Shown here: positions 62,191 through 64,000 of the stretch, in pieces
Position numbering within the stretch: the first letter of the stretch is position 1
Layout of the letters: the number at the start of each line of letters is the position of its first letter
Source: Basidiobolus ranarum
Lineage: Eukaryota
NCBI GenBank assembly: GCA_040143965.1
Contig: JASJQH010000003.1
Coordinates: 1 to 64,000, forward strand
Reading direction: 5' to 3'
DNA: 64,000 nucleotides
Translations under genes and position numbers: made by a program
Notes under the pieces: generated by a model
The model's database searches: none
Seen by the model: the letters and a program-made list of their open reading frames with translations, nothing else
What the model was told of the DNA's origin: nothing

Positions 62191-63558
62191 TTAAATGCGA
62201 TGAATAGATTTTCCATCAACAAAGACTTGAATGATGTTACGGTCATCACCGTTGTTAATGAATTTCTCAAATATGGTCTTTACATCATCATGTGAGAATA
62301 AGTCAATAGGTGAACCATGGGCGAGAGGGTCTACAATTAAAGCGTCGAATTGTTTTCCGACCACAAAGTTCCCTAGAGTATTCTTCATTCCAAGCACATC
62401 AGCACCGCCAAGAGTAGCAAGGTAGAAAATTTCGGCTAACTTTAGATATTTGTCGTCTGGATGGTCAAAGCTACGAGCGATGGCTGCAAAATAACCAGTA
62501 CGAATGGTGTTGAGAATAGAGGTTCCATAACCGCCTGCTACATCCGTACCTAAACCAATCTTTTGGCCTTCAGCCATCATTTGACGGACCTTCGCTATGC
62601 CACTACGAAGACTGAGATTGGAATTTGGGCAATGAGAGATTCCTACACCACGCTGTTTGAGCAGCTGACGCTCAGCATCTGTTGGATGAACTACGTGAGC
62701 CATAATAGTACGATTTGTCAGTAAACCGTTGACATCGTATACAGAGGTGTAATCAGGTTGGTCTGGATGCAACTGCTTTACCCAAGCAATTTCATCAAGG
62801 TTCTCATCAAGATGAGATTGAATTGGAACATTATATTTGGCAGCGAGATTACCAAGACCCTTCATCAGCTCAGTCGTACAAGATGGAACAAAGCGAGGGG
62901 TGACTATTGGGATGACACGGGAATTGTTTTTACTCAAGACATATTGGATAAAAGCCTCCGTATCTTTCAGGCTCTGAGCAGTAGATTCGACATAGAAATC
63001 TGGTGAGTTACGGTCCATGTTGACTTTTCCGACGAGTGCACGCTGTCCCTTTTTCTCCACAATATCTGCTAGTACCTTCGAGGATTCCAAGTGGATGGTA
63101 GCATAGTAGCTGGCAGCGGTTGTACCACCCCGCACCAAACGATCTACAACCTTGTTGTAGGCATCCCTGGCGTAGTTAGTGTCGTTAAAACGAGCCTCAC
63201 GAGGAAATGTGTACGTATTAAGCCAGTCAAGTAGCTGCAGATCCATACCAGAGCCAGTAAAGACATATTGTGGAGCGTGAATATGAGTGTCTATCAATCC
63301 AGGGATGAGAAACTTTTGATTACCTAATGGAGTGAGACTCACCCCATATTTAGTGGCTATCTGTTTAGCTTGCGTTTCGCTTGCATTGTTCTCAACTTGG
63401 ACTATCTTTCCAGTCTTATCTACGGCGACAACACCGTTGGTAACATGCTCCAGATTAGTTACATTCACAGAATGAACAAAGCTTCCGTAGAACACATTTT
63501 GAGCCGAGATACTACCAACCAAAGCGGCAGAGATTAGAGCAAGTGAGTAGAGATGCAT
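62191..63558 (-). CDS. Guanine deaminase (amidohydrolase family) with an N-terminal signal peptide, intronless
   Basis: PGLIDTHIHAPQY, LLDWLNTYTFPRE, TPRFVPSC, QSHLDEN, MAHVVH, HCPNSN and GLGTDVAGG. N-terminus MHLYSLALISAALVGSISA/QN. Confidence 0.92.
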   Translation of the reverse strand: MHLYSLALISAALVGSISAQNVFYGSFVHSVNVTNLEHVTNGVVAVDKTGKIVQVENNASETQAKQIATKYGVSLTPLGNQKFLIPGLIDTHIHAPQYVFTGSGMDLQLLDWLNTYTFPREARFNDTNYARDAYNKVVDRLVRGGTTAASYYATIHLESSKVLADIVEKKGQRALVGKVNMDRNSPDFYVESTAQSLKDTEAFIQYVLSKNNSRVIPIVTPRFVPSCTTELMKGLGNLAAKYNVPIQSHLDENLDEIAWVKQLHPDQPDYTSVYDVNGLLTNRTIMAHVVHPTDAERQLLKQRGVGISHCPNSNLSLRSGIAKVRQMMAEGQKIGLGTDVAGGYGTSILNTIRTGYFAAIARSFDHPDDKYLKLAEIFYLATLGGADVLGMKNTLGNFVVGKQFDALIVDPLAHGSPIDLFSHDDVKTIFEKFINNGDDRNIIQVFVDGKSIHRI

Positions 63559-64000
63559 AGCGGGACCGAGAGTAAGCGAAATGGGTTGCTGATATGGTGT
63601 TAATGCACTACGAGGCTACCACTATTTATAATCTTCAGCTTCCTCAAATAAACGCTGACTATTCAAAGGATAGTGTGAGTAATTACTAACTATAGAATAT
63701 GTTTATCCTACTCTTTCGCCACAAAAATCGTATTGTAAATCGTCGTGTGAAACAAAAATGATAAATTATTGACTGCTCCTTAAATATCTCCACTCGGGAT
63801 GGACTTGCTATTGTACTTTTTCCTCTGAGGTAAATACCCTAATTTCAGCCTCATCATACTAACTGTCTTTGAATGCTTCACTTATATGCTGGTCCATTCC
63901 GGTGAAGCATATTTACTTCATGGCCAAAGCTGGACATTTTGGATAGTATGTTACATGGATTCGAGAAGTTGTTCGGAAGATATTTGCCACCATACTGGTA

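Overview
AT-rich, gene-dense eukaryotic DNA with short (about 50-100 nt) spliceosomal introns. It looks like an early-diverging fungus; a Basidiobolus-like Zoopagomycota/Mucoromycota lineage is my inference, not a demonstrated identification. About 28 protein-coding genes are supported. Most are housekeeping: HbrB/Bit61-like, BCAS3, F-box/LRR, an RNF216-like RBR ligase, GLR1, ATP19, ERV14, RPL28, ATG9, SWP1, CCZ1, RUN-FYVE, CSN1, a Pho4/NUC-1-like bHLH, CSC1/OSCA and MAT2B/RmlD-like. Reading the sequence directly gave six main points. (1) A complete SPO11 gene of about 17 exons lies in the apparently empty 23.0-25.3 kb region. It has a 15-nt microexon, a GC-AG intron, an apparent AT-AA intron and a VEK-to-VEE change in the TOPRIM motif. 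(2) Three minor-spliceosome (U12) introns are present: an AT-AC intron in ATG9 and GT-AG U12 introns in cornichon/ERV14 and BCAS3. (3) There is a tandem pair of unrecognised small proteins, probably mitochondrion-targeted. (4) An intronless TetX-family flavin monooxygenase is present. (5) An intronless guanine deaminase carries a signal peptide and sits in a block of secreted-protein genes. (6) The ORF track gives the wrong strand for the 58942..59820 ORF, which is on the minus strand. I found no rRNA, tRNA, CRISPR array or intact mobile element. Exon boundaries were read by eye and may be off by a few nt.
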